Shown: piece after piece, positions 40,097 through 53,616 of the stretch
Layout of the letters: the number at the start of each line of letters is the position of its first letter
How positions within the stretch are numbered: position 1 is the first letter of the stretch
DNA from: Octopus sinensis
Taxonomy: Eukaryota
NCBI RefSeq assembly: GCF_006345805.1
Contig: NW_021824665.1
Span: 1 to 58,944 of the forward strand
Length of the DNA stretch: 58,944 nt
Reading direction: 5' to 3'
Made by a program: the position numbers and the translations under genes
The notes under the pieces: generated by a model
What the model saw: only the letters and a program-made list of their open reading frames with translations
What the model was told of the DNA's origin: nothing
Databases searched by the model: none

Positions 40097-40511
40097 ACTC
40101 TTTTACTCTTTTACTCTTTTACTTGTTTCAGTCACTTGATTGCGGCCATGCTGGAGCACCGCCTTTAATCGAGCAAATCGACCCCAGGACTCATTCTTTG
40201 TAAGCCCAGTACTTATTCTATCGGGTCCTTTTGTCGAACAGCTAAGTGACGGGGACGTAAACACACCAGCATCGGTTGTCAAGCAATGCTAGAGGGACAA
40301 ACGCACAAACACACACATACATATATATGTATATATATACATATATACGACAGGCTTCTTTCAGTTTCCGTCTACCAAATCCACTCACAAGGCATTGGTC
40401 AGCCCGGGGCTATAGCAGAAGACACTTGCCCAAGATGCCACGCAGTGGGACTGACCCTGGAACCATGTGGTTGGTTAGCAAGCTACTTACCACACAGCCA
40501 CTTCTGCGCCT
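40097..40511 (-). mobile_element. SINE family B, full length, inverted relative to the preceding copy
   Basis: All family B modules; (TACTCTTT)n tail. Confidence 0.92.
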
Positions 40512-40953
40512 GTGTATAATTGTATGCGTTTATATGCATGTATAAACGCATAAGCATTTATAAAAGTGCACATTAATCATAGACACATGCACATTTAGTA
40601 CACGACCAGCCGCGCACAATCTCACAGGCACTTATATTTCTAAATGCATATCGACATATTGACATAGTTAGAAATATACACATACCCCGTCACCTCATTA
40701 TATATTTATTATTTTATTTATATATTTATTTTTTCTGTCATCAATGTAAATTGTTTTCCATTTTTTTTTACTACTCTGCTTCGTACGACTTATTGAAACT
40801 CACCGTTATGAACTCAACAAAAAAAAATAATCAACTAAAAACAATTAAATAATTATGAGACTGCTGATCGATATTATACACACACACACACATATATATA
40901 TACATATATATAATATATATATATATATATATACTATATATATATATATCCTT

Positions 40954-41002
<49 letters not shown>

Positions 41003-41409
41003 CATTTATATATTATATACATATGTACATATATATATATATTATATGAATATTGTATATTGTATGCATATATATATTATAAACATAAGTACATATTTTA
41101 TGTGTATATATATATATTATATGCATATATTTATATACATCATATTATATATTATATGAATATTATATACATACACACACACACACACATGACTGCATGT
41201 ATGTACTTGCGTGTCTACGTTTCTTGCCCTAGAGGAAGGATTAGTAGCCATGCTTAATGGCAGGCCTTCCTAGGCCGAGAACATGTGTGGGAAGTCTGCA
41301 CATATGGGATTACGGAAAGAATTCGGAAAGAGCAATATCCTGGGAAGTAACGAGTGATTATGAGGATTAGTGTGAGAGAGTTCATGCGAGGACATACCAA
41401 TGCTTAGAC

Positions 41410-41598
41410 TATTTTCCATAACTCTATTTCTTCCACGTAGTTGTCGAATATATACCCAGCTGTTGCTTTCCTCATAATCAGTGTTTCTTTTCGTATCAAG
41501 CGCAGTACACAGACCAGTGGGGACAGGCAGTCTCCTTGAAAGATGCCCCTCCTAATTTCTACTGTCCCTAAACTTCTTTCGTATGCTGTCAGGTACGT
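41410..41598 (-). pseudogene. R4/Dong-like reverse transcriptase fragment
   Basis: Within ORF 41404-41727: LGTVEIRRGIFQGDCLSPLVCVL...LIMRKATAGYIF (the RT GIFQGDxLSP motif). The K/R run upstream is only the (CTT)n repeat. Confidence 0.8.
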
Positions 41599-41778
41599 TC
41601 TTCTTCTTCTTCTTCTTCTTCTTCTTCTTCTTCTTCTTCTTCTTCTTCTTCTTCTTCTTCTTCTTCTTCTCCTCTCCTTCTTCTTCTTCTTCTTCTTCTT
41701 CTTCTTCTTCTTCTTCTTCTTCTTCATCTTCTTCTTCTTCTCCTTCTTATTATCCTCCTCCTCCTCCTCATTATCATT

Positions 41779-41810
<32 letters not shown>

Positions 41811-41828
41811 TATTATTATTATTATTAT
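41598..41828. repeat. Compound (CTT)n/(CAT)n/(TAT)n microsatellite
   Basis: Read directly. Confidence 0.97.
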
Positions 41829-42161
41829 GAGAGAGCAGTGCATGCCATCAAAGTGACAATGGGGTAAAATATACGAAGCCCAGTATACCCATCACGATTA
41901 CCTGTCTGATAAGGGTACACTAGGCACATGCGTCACAACCATATATGCGCGACATGGTGATCTCACATCAAGATAAACAGCACATGACCTTGCGGGTGGG
42001 GCCCAGTTAGAATTTTCTTCTGGTCGAGTAACCCATCCCGCTCAAACGGTCCCTGAATAAGGGCTGTTTAAGGATGTTGAACGAAACACCTATGTTTCCA
42101 GAGGTGAATTATTCAAACTCCAAAGAATCCCTCTCAACACATGGCTATGATGCTCCCCCAC
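41829..42161. mobile_element. 333-bp GC-balanced insert within (TTA)n, probable non-autonomous retroelement
   Basis: Sharp boundaries with (TTA)n on both sides; no TIR or coding signal. Confidence 0.5.
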
Positions 42162-42317
<156 letters not shown>

Positions 42318-42786
42318 ATTATTCAATATATCCATGACCGATGCAATGGCTACCAGTAATATACTGCGTCTTAATCAACTGGATAACCCTTTGTAAATAG
42401 TATCGCTTTCTTCAAATATTAGACTTACTGCTAGAAGTAAAAATGAAAAAAAAAAAAAAAAAAAGCACAGCAACAATATATTTCTTTGGTTTCTGCGAAT
42501 CGATAAGATAAGCTGAAGTAGATGATCGAGACGATTCAATTGACCTTACTTCTAAGGAAGAAATCAATATTATTAATATCATCTTCGTAATTATTTTGCC
42601 ACCAATAAGGCATGTGTTTTGGTGAACGTATAACCGTAGGTGACTCGCAATCTAGCACTGTGCCATATTTAAAATATGGAATACTAATGATAAAAAATAA
42701 AATACGATAGCAGTTTTTTTTTTTTTTTGAAAAAAGCCAAACAATATGGTAGCCGTCTTCAATCAAAAACCAAATGAAAATTATCA

Positions 42787-42788
42787 TA

Positions 42789-42839
<51 letters not shown>

Positions 42840-43066
42840 CTAGTAGTAGTAGTAGTGGTGGTGGTGGTGGCGGCGGTGGTGGTGGTGGTAGTAGTAGTAT
42901 TGGTGGTGGTGGTTTTTTGGTGGTAGTAGTAGTAGTAGTAGTGGTAGTGGCGGTTTTTGGTAGTAGTAGTAGTAGTGGTGGCGGCGGCGGCGGCGGTGGT
43001 GGTGGTGGTAGTAGTATTAGTGGTGGTGGTGGTGGTGGTTTTTGGTAGTAGTAGTAGTAGTAGTAG
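42787..43066. repeat. Compound (TAG)n/(TGG)n/(CGG)n repeat, duplicated as a higher-order unit
   Basis: The block order TAG-TGG-CGG-TGG-TAG-TATT-TGG-TTTT occurs twice. Confidence 0.93.
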
Positions 43067-43210
43067 TTTTGACGTAGAGTCGTTTTGACGTCAGCACCAT
43101 GACCAACCGAATCAGATAAGAGCCACAGCAGCAGAACACATGGTTCGGTTCAACGATTTTACTTGAAGCTTCGGTCACATAAGCCACAACGACTAAGGCA
43201 ATAACAGCAA

Positions 43211-43580
43211 GAGGAAGCGCAATGGCACAATGGTTAGAGCAGCGGATTCGCAGTCGGAAGATCGCGCTTTCGATTTCCAGACCGGGCGTTGTGTGTGTTT
43301 ATTGAGCGAAAACTCTTAAAGCTACACGAGGCTCCGGCGGGGTGGGTGGGTTACGACCCCTGTTGTACACTTTCGCCTCAATTCTCTCTCACTCTTTCTT
43401 CCTGTTTCTTGTCCCCGACTTCCTACCCAACCGCTGAGCCTGGATGCGCATTCATCAATCCGTCGATGCTCTCGGTGTCGGGGGTTGACTTGCTTTCTCT
43501 TATGCGGGTCTTACGAATAGCAAAGGGCCACGTTTCTGACTTCTCCCATCTTGCGAGCTCTGGGACGAGGATCGTTCGCT
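43211..43580 (+). mobile_element. SINE head C + tail Z
   Basis: GGAAGCGCAATGGCACAATGGTTAG...TTTCGATTTCC...TTTATTGAGCGAAAAC; a distinct 3' part from about 43415 ends in a (CAA/CAG)n tail; AACAGCAA on both sides. Confidence 0.85.
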
Positions 43581-44136
43581 CAACAGCAACAACAACAGCA
43601 ACAGCAACAACAACAGCAACATCAACAACCATTCCTAGCCAATGAGTGAGAAAAAGGAGGTTTTGAGTAGGCACTTGATATGCTGGAAATTGTAACCAAA
43701 TCTCTTAGAAGTCAACCATTTCCTCTTTAGAAAATAACAATTATGGATGATGGAATTTAGCGTACAAGAAAATCAGAACTGCCACAAATGGAATGCAAGT
43801 TCATCATAGGTTTTCTTGGCCTCGACTGACCTGGGACCAGAAAACCACAACGAATACATTATTAATAAAAACAACAAAACAATAACAATGCCAGAAACAA
43901 TAAAAAAAATTAAAACTTTGTCTTCTCTCGGTTACTAGCATCAAGTCGTTTTTTTTGTTTTGTTTTTAAATCATGATCAACCTAGTTGCGTGTGGGTGTG
44001 AGATCATAATTATTCCTGTATTCCTATTATGAGAACAATGACTTCTTTTGAGAATGTATCTTTGATACATCATATATCTTCTTGTCATTTATTTCAAAAA
44101 TGAACTAATGTGTTGAGTAAGATTTACCTGTTGATT

Positions 44137-44622
44137 CTTATTTCTTTATTGTCCACAAGGGGCTAAACATAGAAGGGACAAACAAGGACATCAAGTGGAT
44201 TATATCGACCCTAGTGTGTAACTGGTACTTAATTTAACGGCCCCGAAAGGATGAGAGGCAAAGTCGACCATTTCGTCTGAGTTCAAATTCCGCCGAGTTC
44301 AACTTTGCTTTTTCATCCTTTCGGGGTCGATAAATTAAGTACCAGTTACGCGCCGGGGTCGATGTTAATTACTAGATCCGTTTGTCCTTGTTTGTCCCTT
44401 CTGTGTTTAGCCCCTTGTGGGTCGTAAAGAAATAGGTATTTCGTCTGCCGCTACGTTCTGTGTTCAAATTCCGCCGAGGTCGACTTAGCCTTTCATCCTT
44501 TTGGGGTCGATTCAATAAGTACCAGTTACACACTGGTGTCGATATAATCGACTTAATCCGTTTGTCTGTCCTTGTTTGTCCCCTCTTTGTTTAGCCCCTT
44601 GTGGGCAATAAAGCCAATAAGA
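44137..44622 (+). mobile_element. SINE family A multimer with inverted 5' segment
   Basis: 44137-44269 is a minus-strand partial unit joined directly to two plus-strand units starting at 44270. Confidence 0.88.
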
Positions 44623-45268
44623 AACTTATTCGAGGCATTACCCTAGCAAGACCGCAGTCAAACGATTGAAACAAGTAAAACAGAAAAGACTAGATATAGT
44701 AAGTTTGCATTATTTTTAAGGACGTTCATTCATGATTTCAAGAGAATTTAACCTGGTTTCTCATAGAATTGTTTGTAGACCAACATTCTGTGACAACTTC
44801 ATTGGTTCCGATTCTCTTCTGTTTCGGAGTTTTGCCTATGACTGTGACAATCCGTTGGAACAACTTAGTTAAACCGTTGATTATAAGAGTTAGAAATTAT
44901 AAACATTATTCTGAAGTGAGCTTCACAAACTTTCTTCAATCTTAGGAAGATATAGAGGCTAATGAAATCTTCACTGAATATGAAGACCAGCTTAATCGTA
45001 TTTACTGCAGAACGAAGGCAACAAAACCAACAACAAATACAAGAAAGAAAACAATAATTTGAATATAAAAATAAATAAACGAATAAGCAACTAAACAAAC
45101 AATTAGAATTAGAAAACAAATCGCAAGGTTAATAGGAGTAAGACCATGTAATATCAGACTGCGTAAAATGTTAATGTGACTTACATAAGCAGGTTAATAT
45201 ATTCTTAGTCAAGTGATGCAAAAACTGCTCTATCAACCGTAGTATAGACCACCACACACACACACACA

Positions 45269-45337
<69 letters not shown>

Positions 45338-45345
45338 TATAATAT

Positions 45346-45392
<47 letters not shown>

Positions 45393-45609
45393 ATGTGTGT
45401 ATGTGTGTGTGTATATATATATACGTGTGTGTGGGTGTATATATATATATATATATATAGATACGTATGTATGAATGTTTGCGCATGGGTATGTTTCTAT
45501 GAGTGTATACTCATATATGTGGATATATACATCAACATATAGGGGTGTATGTACACCCATAAACACACACACACACATATACACTATATATATATGCACA
45601 CACATACAT

Positions 45610-45670
<61 letters not shown>

Positions 45671-46576
45671 ATATATATTATATGTACATACATACACAGA
45701 TATATACATGTGTACATGTATATATGTATGCGTATGTCTATGTAAGCATGTATATATATATATATGTGTGTGGATAGACGAATATATATATATATGTACG
45801 TATGTGAGAGAGAGAGAGTAGAGAGAGAGAGAGGGTAAGGCGGACACAGAGACAGAGAGAATGATAGAAAGAGAGAGTGAGAGAGTAAGAAAGAGAATAG
45901 GTATTTGTCTCTTCCTATATCTGTAAATATATAAAATGTTTATTTCTTTTTAAAAGTGAGTGAATCATACATAATGACGGAAAACATGGCGCTGTACTAA
46001 AACCGTACACTACACATTTTCGTTCCTTTAGGACAGCAATTGTCAACCATTAACTCTCTACGGCACACTGAATAAAGCGGTAAATGTGTTACAATATACC
46101 ATCATATTCATATTCATATTCATATTCATATTATTATTATTATTATTATTACTACTACTACTATTATTATTGTTGTTGTTGTTGGTATTATTATGTAAGT
46201 AACGAGCAGTAAAATTATTTTAAAACGCAGCTAGGTGCATACAGTACATTTTGCCGCAAAACACTACTTACGAACGGTTGCGTTGTATGAAAAAAATAAA
46301 CCAGAAAAAGGAAAATATTACGTGCATCTTGTACCAGTACAAATATTAATAGCACTCACAAATTTTGCACGTAAACTATGGAGATTTGGCGGAGAAAGTG
46401 CAAATATGTTACAGCAATATCGGTGCAAGTGTTGTACACTGAGTGCTGTCTTGTGTCTGGATTTAAAGTACCATAAGTGAAATATTAACCAGTGGCTTAT
46501 TGACATTTTATTTCTATGAAATATACCTCGCATATATGGGTACATACTCACGTACATCTACATGCCTGTATATATA

Positions 46577-46607
<31 letters not shown>

Positions 46608-46690
46608 CTGTGTGTGTATGTGTGTGTAAATGTATGTTTATGTATATATATATATATATATATAGTATATATATATATATATATATATAT

Positions 46691-46757
46691 AGGGAAATTT
46701 ACAAAAAAAGCAAAAGACGAAGACGGGTGGTGTAGACAACAAACAGATGTATTAGTG
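46691..46757 (-). mobile_element. 3' fragment of the 51200-51372 family inside (TA)n
   Basis: Reverse complement CTAATACATCTGTTTGTTG..CCACCCGTCTTCGTCTTTTG..TTCCC aligns to 51308-51370. Confidence 0.75.
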
Positions 46758-46837
46758 TAAATATATATATATATATATATTATATACATAAACATACATT
46801 TACACACACACACACACCAACACACACACATATACAT

Positions 46838-46898
<61 letters not shown>

Positions 46899-47637
46899 CA
46901 TATCTATACAAAATGCAAAAGTTATACGTCAATATTTCTTACATTAAAATTTAAAAGTAGGTAAAAATAACTGTTACTTAAAATTACTAGTATGGGAATA
47001 GGGAAAGTCTTGACTTACATGTACACACTCACACGCACGCACACGCACATACACGCGCATACAACAAGCACACACTCGCGCGCACACACATGCACACGCA
47101 CAAAGATATATATGCACACAGATAAGGAAACGAGCGACCTGTTTTGGTTAGGTTTTTGCGTTCATGACAGCACTTTCGTAGTTTCGATTCAAAGACAACC
47201 AGTGCTGTTAATCCAGGAGTTAGGACCTCATGGTTACTGATATTCATGATGTCTGTTGTTCGAGGACGGTTAGAGAGAATCGTACCTGTCCTACCCTATC
47301 TTGATTTTTCAATTGAAATATTTTCTCAAATGTTAATATTATTAGGTTACCCTGAGTATTATTAGTGAGTTTCATGATTATCTCAATGAGCAGGTAAACC
47401 TGTATGGAAGAGAAGTCCTATTATACAGCGGCTGACACTAAGACCTTTGAAGTTTCATTGTAAAGCCCTGTCAACTATGAATTGCAAGTGCTAATGTGTC
47501 AATGGTACTTCGAGTCATATTAAGTATTGTCACAAAAATGTTTTCTGTCAAGTTCATCGTCTATAAAAAAAAATGTTGCATTCTGTCAAGCGGTCATACA
47601 AATGTAATTGGGTTCTTGTCCCACATTAAATCCTCTT

Positions 47638-47951
47638 CGTCGCCCTTTTCAAGCCTAGCTAGGCTCATGGGCCCGGTTTCCCAGTTTCTGTGTTGTATGT
47701 GTTCCCCCCCCCCCCAGCTGGACTGGACGCCAGTCCATCGCAGCGTTACACAAGAAACAAGAAGAGAGAGAGTGAGAGAAAGTTGTGACGAAAGAGTACA
47801 ACAGGGGTCGCCACCACCCGCTGCCGGAGCCTCGTGGAGCTTTTAGGTGTTTTCGCTCAATAAACACACACAACCCCCAGTCTGGGAATCGAAATCGCGA
47901 TCCTCCGACCGCGAACCGCTGCCCTAACCAGTGGGCTATTGCGCCTCCTTT
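47638..47951 (-). mobile_element. SINE head C + tail X, with 9-bp TSD
   Basis: Head GGAGGCGCAATAGCCCACTGGTTAG; tail GAAACTGGGAAACCGGGCCCATGAGCC; AATCCTCTT at 47629-47637 and 47952-47960. Confidence 0.9.
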
Positions 47952-48427
47952 AATCCTCTTAGATATATCTAAATTCGTTCACTTTTATTTCACGCTTCGT
48001 CCTTGTACAATTGGTTGAATAGTGTTATTTCTTCCAGATGTTTGCGCCTTGATTTCAATTCCCCCCCCCAAGATCAACATTGCCACTGATCCATTCGGAG
48101 AGAAGAGTTAAAATATCAGTCAAATAATCGATGTGACCGAGTCATTCCCTCTCCTATAAACTAGCACACCTTTCAAAAGATTGTTGTGATCTATCTCGGA
48201 CACATGTATAAGTTATGGAAAGCAGATAATATTTTTGAGTTACAGGCGTAATCAACGTGATGGTCTGCGATTGATTCAAAACGTATCGAATTTCACTCAT
48301 AACTTATATGTCGATTGGAAGATATAAAACATATTTGCCTAAGAGGTATTGCAGAAGGATTCAACACAGTTACTCTTCATTGAAAAGCAAATGTCTTAAC
48401 ACATTTGGCAATATTCTGTCTTCTAAA

Positions 48428-48622
48428 AGCGGTGAGTTAGCAGAATAATTAGCAGGTTAGGCAAAATGTTTAGCGGTATTTCCTCCGTCTTTAAATTCTG
48501 AGTTCAAATTCTGCCGAAGTCGACTTTGCCTTTCATCCTTTCTAGGTCCAAAAAATAAGTACCAGTTGAGTGCTTGTGTTGATGAGATCGACTTTGGAAT
48601 TGCAGGCCTTGTGCCAAAATTT
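48428..48622 (+). mobile_element. SINE family A (short-tail form)
   Basis: GCGGTGAGTTAGCAG...GAGTTCAAATTC...GCCTTTCATCCTTTC...GGCCTTGTGCCAAAATTTG. Confidence 0.85.
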
Positions 48623-50088
48623 GACTACTATCCAATATGTATATCTATAGAGAACCAAGATGTAACTAGATTGACAGAACAGTTCTTAAAAATGGTTAAT
48701 TATTTCACTTATCTATGAATTTTTATGTTACAAAATTAAATCTGTAGTATTGCGGATATAGATATAAGGCAGTACTTTATCGAGAAATGTTAATTCTCAT
48801 TAAAATTAAATTATCTTCAGTGAGAAGACAAACGATGTGCTTGACGTATGAATTACTCCCACATATAAGAAATTTGGAGAAGTAAATAAACATGAAAGGA
48901 TATGACCTATAATTCCAATCAAGTTAATATATAACAGATCTACAAATGAGAAACCGCTATTCACACTCAGTGGAAAGTAAATCATTAAGATATTTTTGCA
49001 AAGCAGATAACTAATTAAATTATTTGATCATTTTCGTATCAGCATAAACACAGATACACACACAGACACATGCGTGCACATACCTAAGTTCATAGACACG
49101 AAAGTACACTTCCTTATCAAAAGATATCTAGGAAGAACTCAGTTGTTCAGGCTGTACATGAAAGTCAAGGTGAATACCTAACACGCACACAAACACACAC
49201 ACACACCTACACACCTACATACACCTACACATATTGTATTTTGTTGTATAGTCATTAGTCATAAATAATTAATTCGTTAACGACAACTCATATAACCGAC
49301 ATGAATAGCAATATATTTCAGCAAAAGTTAACAGTCAACTATATCCTGGCATTTTCCAAGTCGCTCCAAAAACTCATCTACAGATCTTACGCAGTGCCAT
49401 GACAGAAGATAAGAATACAAATCTTCAATTTCATTTGGCTAAATGTGAAAAGAACGGTGAACCGTCAGAGTATTTTCATATTCAGGCAATATACCATGCG
49501 GTATTCTTTTCTCTTTGGTTTTCTTGTTGGTTCTTTTCTCGTTCATTTCTTATTGGTTTTAAATCCCACCAAAGTAAACATTAAATTTTATCGTTTGAGG
49601 GCGTTAAAAGAGGCACCAGTTAAGTACTGCAGTCGGTGCTATTGCGCCTGTCTCCTTTTAAATCTTAAGCAATCTCTGTGTGCCTAAATTAGAAGTCTTT
49701 GCAGTAAATGCTAAAAAAGTATTTCAGTGCGTGAACGATCGAATAGCATTTTTTTTCTGAGATAATTATAACATATTTTCTCTGACACGAATGCTCCGTT
49801 CGAAACGTCAGGTTGTTTTCCTCTTTTTGGTGTAGAAAATTGTACAAACAGAGCACTGATGTTCACGAGTATATTTACTTCTTGAAAGAAATATCATTAA
49901 GTGTTCGCAAAACAGAGTAAGTGGCTCTGTGGATTAAATCCTTTTACAAATGTATTGTATCACATCTGTCTTTCAAAAATTGAAATTAAATGTTTCGTTA
50001 TAAATCTGATTGTTAATGGATAGTTCCTGAATTTGGTTTAAATGTTTGACAACTCAGCCCTGTCCATTGGACGGGAGGCGTTTTGCTC

Positions 50089-50138
<50 letters not shown>

Positions 50139-50751
50139 TATTGCCACACATAGAGGTACAAAGGCTACGCAGATACAAACACTCATACGTACACGCGCAT
50201 AACGTAGTACACATATATAAGCTAGAATTATTATGCCGTAACAAATTAAAATAAATCTATCTACTGTCCCGTCCGATACAACAAAACAACAATCGTGACA
50301 GATATTTAGACTAGGTGCTTTCTAGCCCTGAATAAATCAATGTTAAGTAAGACCGGAGCGAGCTCGTAGAAAGCTAACAGTTGATATGGTTATAACGTAT
50401 AAATATAACAGGTTTAGCCATTATTAATTCATTGGGGAAAAGAGATACGGTGACAACTGTGTATCGATTTCATCGGAACCATTCAGAGTAATTGAATTTT
50501 GATGAAGGTAATAGTGTTTGTGTCTTTTTTTTTACGTATATGTTTTTTTTTTTTAAACTGGTTTAGAATGTCACGTAGTCTACTGGTTCTATATGATGAC
50601 ATCATGTATTATGCATGGTGCTGTAATGGTTCAATGGCCAACATACATGTGTGCATGTTCACATATATTTTACGTGAGCTTTTATCATATATATATTTAT
50701 ATGTATCGACATATATGTATATATATATATACAGTCATATATATATATATG

Positions 50752-50812
<61 letters not shown>

Positions 50813-51164
50813 GCTATGTATATGCATATAATATATATATAAACACAAACACACACAGACACAGACACACACACACATATATATATATATATAATTATAT
50901 ATGTATATATATATATATGTAATATATATATATACATATATACATATATACATATATATATCCTATATATATATATTTATATATATATATATTTATATTA
51001 ATAAATATTAGGGAATAAATCCAAATTTACAGGGAAAAAATCAGATTTAGGATTAAATCCAATTTTTAGTAAAATATTATATAGTGCAAAATAGTGGTTT
51101 TGTCTCGAATTAATATTATATATATATATTTATATATATAAACACAAACATATATATATAGACA

Positions 51165-51199
<35 letters not shown>

Positions 51200-51204
<5 letters not shown>

Positions 51205-51372
51205 CTCTCCTTCTTTCTGTGTTTTTCTCTCTCTGTGTATCTTTCTGTTGAAGAGCGTAGGCTCGAACGTTAAAGACTTGTTTTATTTATATTTCCTGAG
51301 CGCCATACTAATACAATTGTTCGTTGTTTTCCACCTGCCTTCGTCTTTTGTTATTTTCATAAAGCTTCCCGT
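51200..51372 (+). mobile_element. Short element in (TA)n with a minimal hammerhead-like fold
   Basis: 51241-51275: CTTT-CTGTTGAA-GAGC(GTAG)GCTC-GAA-CG-TT-AAAG; (TA)n on both sides. Confidence 0.65.
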
Positions 51373-51419
51373 TATATATATATATATGTATATATATATG
51401 TATATATATACAATGTTAG

Positions 51420-51850
51420 TTGTTTACTTGCTTCAGTCATTAGACTGCAGCCATGATGTTACTGCAGAAGAATTTCAGTCGAACGAATTAATCCGAGTAC
51501 TTAATATTTTTTAATCCCCTTACTTATTTAGTCGGTGTCTTTTGCTGAATTACTAAGTTTCGGTGATGTAGAAATACTAACTCAATTAAAGTGGTGCTAG
51601 GAGAGAAACACTTACACAATAACGCCCACATGCACGTGCACAAACGCACAAACACACACACTTACATACATATATTCATACATTCATACTTACATATATA
51701 TGACGGGCTTCTTTCATTTTCTATCTATAAAATCTACTCAAAAAACCTTGTTCGGCCCGAATCTATTGTAAATAAGATTTGACGAATGTACCGCGCGTAC
51801 AATGGGACTGATCCTCAACCATGTCGTTGGGAAGCAAAACTATTACCATA
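51420..51850 (-). mobile_element. Old, diverged SINE family B
   Basis: TTTACTTGCTTCAGTCATTAGACTGCAGCCATG...GACGGGCTTCTTTCA...TGGGACTGATCC. Confidence 0.75.
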
Positions 51851-52439
51851 GGAAAAAGGAATAAGAACCATCACATCATCTGTATATTTATATGCTCTAA
51901 GTGCTCTGATGTTAATCCAAATTAGACGGTGCATTGACCAACAGGGACGTACATTTGTGTGTATATGTGTGTGTGTATGTATTCGTGCGTGCGTGTTAAA
52001 TGATTGATACAGCCGTAGTGTCACTGAAATTATGTTGCGCTACATAAAAACAAAATTTCGAGTGAGAAATTGCACATGCACATGCAGTCTAACTTCTGGT
52101 AATTCCCCATACATGTTGAAACGATTAAATATGATGCAAATCTTTCTTTACAAAAAAGGTTACCACAATCTGAGCTTCAATGCTACATAGGCTTAGTGGA
52201 AAGCACGTTTAAAGCATGTTAATTTCCCAAATATTATTCTTCAGATACATTATTGAACTTCATATGGCTTGTAAATTGATTTGCACATCTGATAAAAAAA
52301 ATAAAGAAAGAAAGAAACAACCTAGAACAGAAACGATGTATACAAAGTATGACAGGGACAAAATGTTATTCATGTGCTACTCGCTCGATGAAATAGAAAT
52401 AATACCCCACCAACATGTATATATACAAGTAAATATATA

Positions 52440-52517
<78 letters not shown>

Positions 52518-53317
52518 ATTGCATGTGTTAATTAGTGTTATATATTTTATCATTCTGCCAGTAATATATCATTGACACCGATGTTTCGAAAAGTAGGGCT
52601 TTTCCGACTCTGGTGGGTCAATAAATACTTGTTTCATTGCCGGTCTGAAAATGAACGAAATAGGTGAAGTATGACGTCTGTTCATGTAGAAGGTGAAAGC
52701 TAATGTACATGTGTGTGTGTGTGTGTACAAATATATTTACACATATACATACATAATACATAATACATACATACATATATATATATATGCATGTATATAT
52801 ACACACACATTTATGTATGCACGCTTGTTTACTTGTACGTATGCATATGCACGCTGCTGTATCCCTGGGGAACGTCATAAATGTTACACAAACTCATTTC
52901 CGGTGATACCCTAAAATTATAGGTGCGTTTGGTGTAGACCGTTGACAGAAATCAATAAAAGCTGTACAGTAACATATCTACATGAAAAAGAAAACAAACG
53001 CAAAAAAAAAGTGAAAATTGTTAATAATGTTCGCCGCTCTAAGTGGTTATCTATAAATTGATAATGAGAGAAAACATGTCATTATCATATACTCGTACAT
53101 ATACACTTACATGCGTGCATACATAAATATATGTCTACATGTATGTATGTGTGTATGCGTATATGTGTGTATGTATGTAGGCAGAGATTGGTTTAGAATC
53201 TATATTTCATGGAAAGTGAATTAGTTTATCTGTGTCTCGTTTTTCATGCCATCTAATCCTAAGAGCAGGACTAAATCGTTCGGAACTGAAGCTAGTTTTA
53301 AACCTATTGTTTATAAT

Positions 53318-53616
53318 ATTTGTTCCTTCTCGAGCCACGACTGGTTCATAAGGGCCGGTTTCCCGGTTTCCTTGGCGTATAGGTTCCCCACCTGGACGGG
53401 ACTCCGGTCCGTCACAGGTGAGCTGCAAGATGTAGGAGGTAAGAGAGAGAAAGTTGAGGCGAAAAAGTCAGCAGAAGTTCGCCATTACCTTCTGTCGGAG
53501 CCGCGTGGAGCTTAGGTGTTTCACTCATAAACACACACATCGCCTGGTCTGAGATTCCAACCCGCGATCCCTCGACCGCGAGTTCGCTGCTCTAACTACT
53601 AGGCCATGTGCCTCCA
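53318..53616 (-). mobile_element. SINE head C-like + tail X, with 14-bp TSD
   Basis: Head TGGAGGCACATGGCCTAGTAGTTAG; tail GAAACCGGGAAACCGGCCCTTATGA; CTATTGTTTATAAT at 53304-53317 and 53617-53630. Confidence 0.92.

Noticed and set aside
42746-43048. Gly/Ser-rich ORF resembling a structural protein
   Set aside because: Compound trinucleotide microsatellite with a single codon per run.
43211-43290. tRNA genes at SINE heads (also 10892, 47948, 54485, 58515)
   Set aside because: A and B boxes are present, but there is no complete cloverleaf and the sequence continues into SINE bodies bounded by TSDs.
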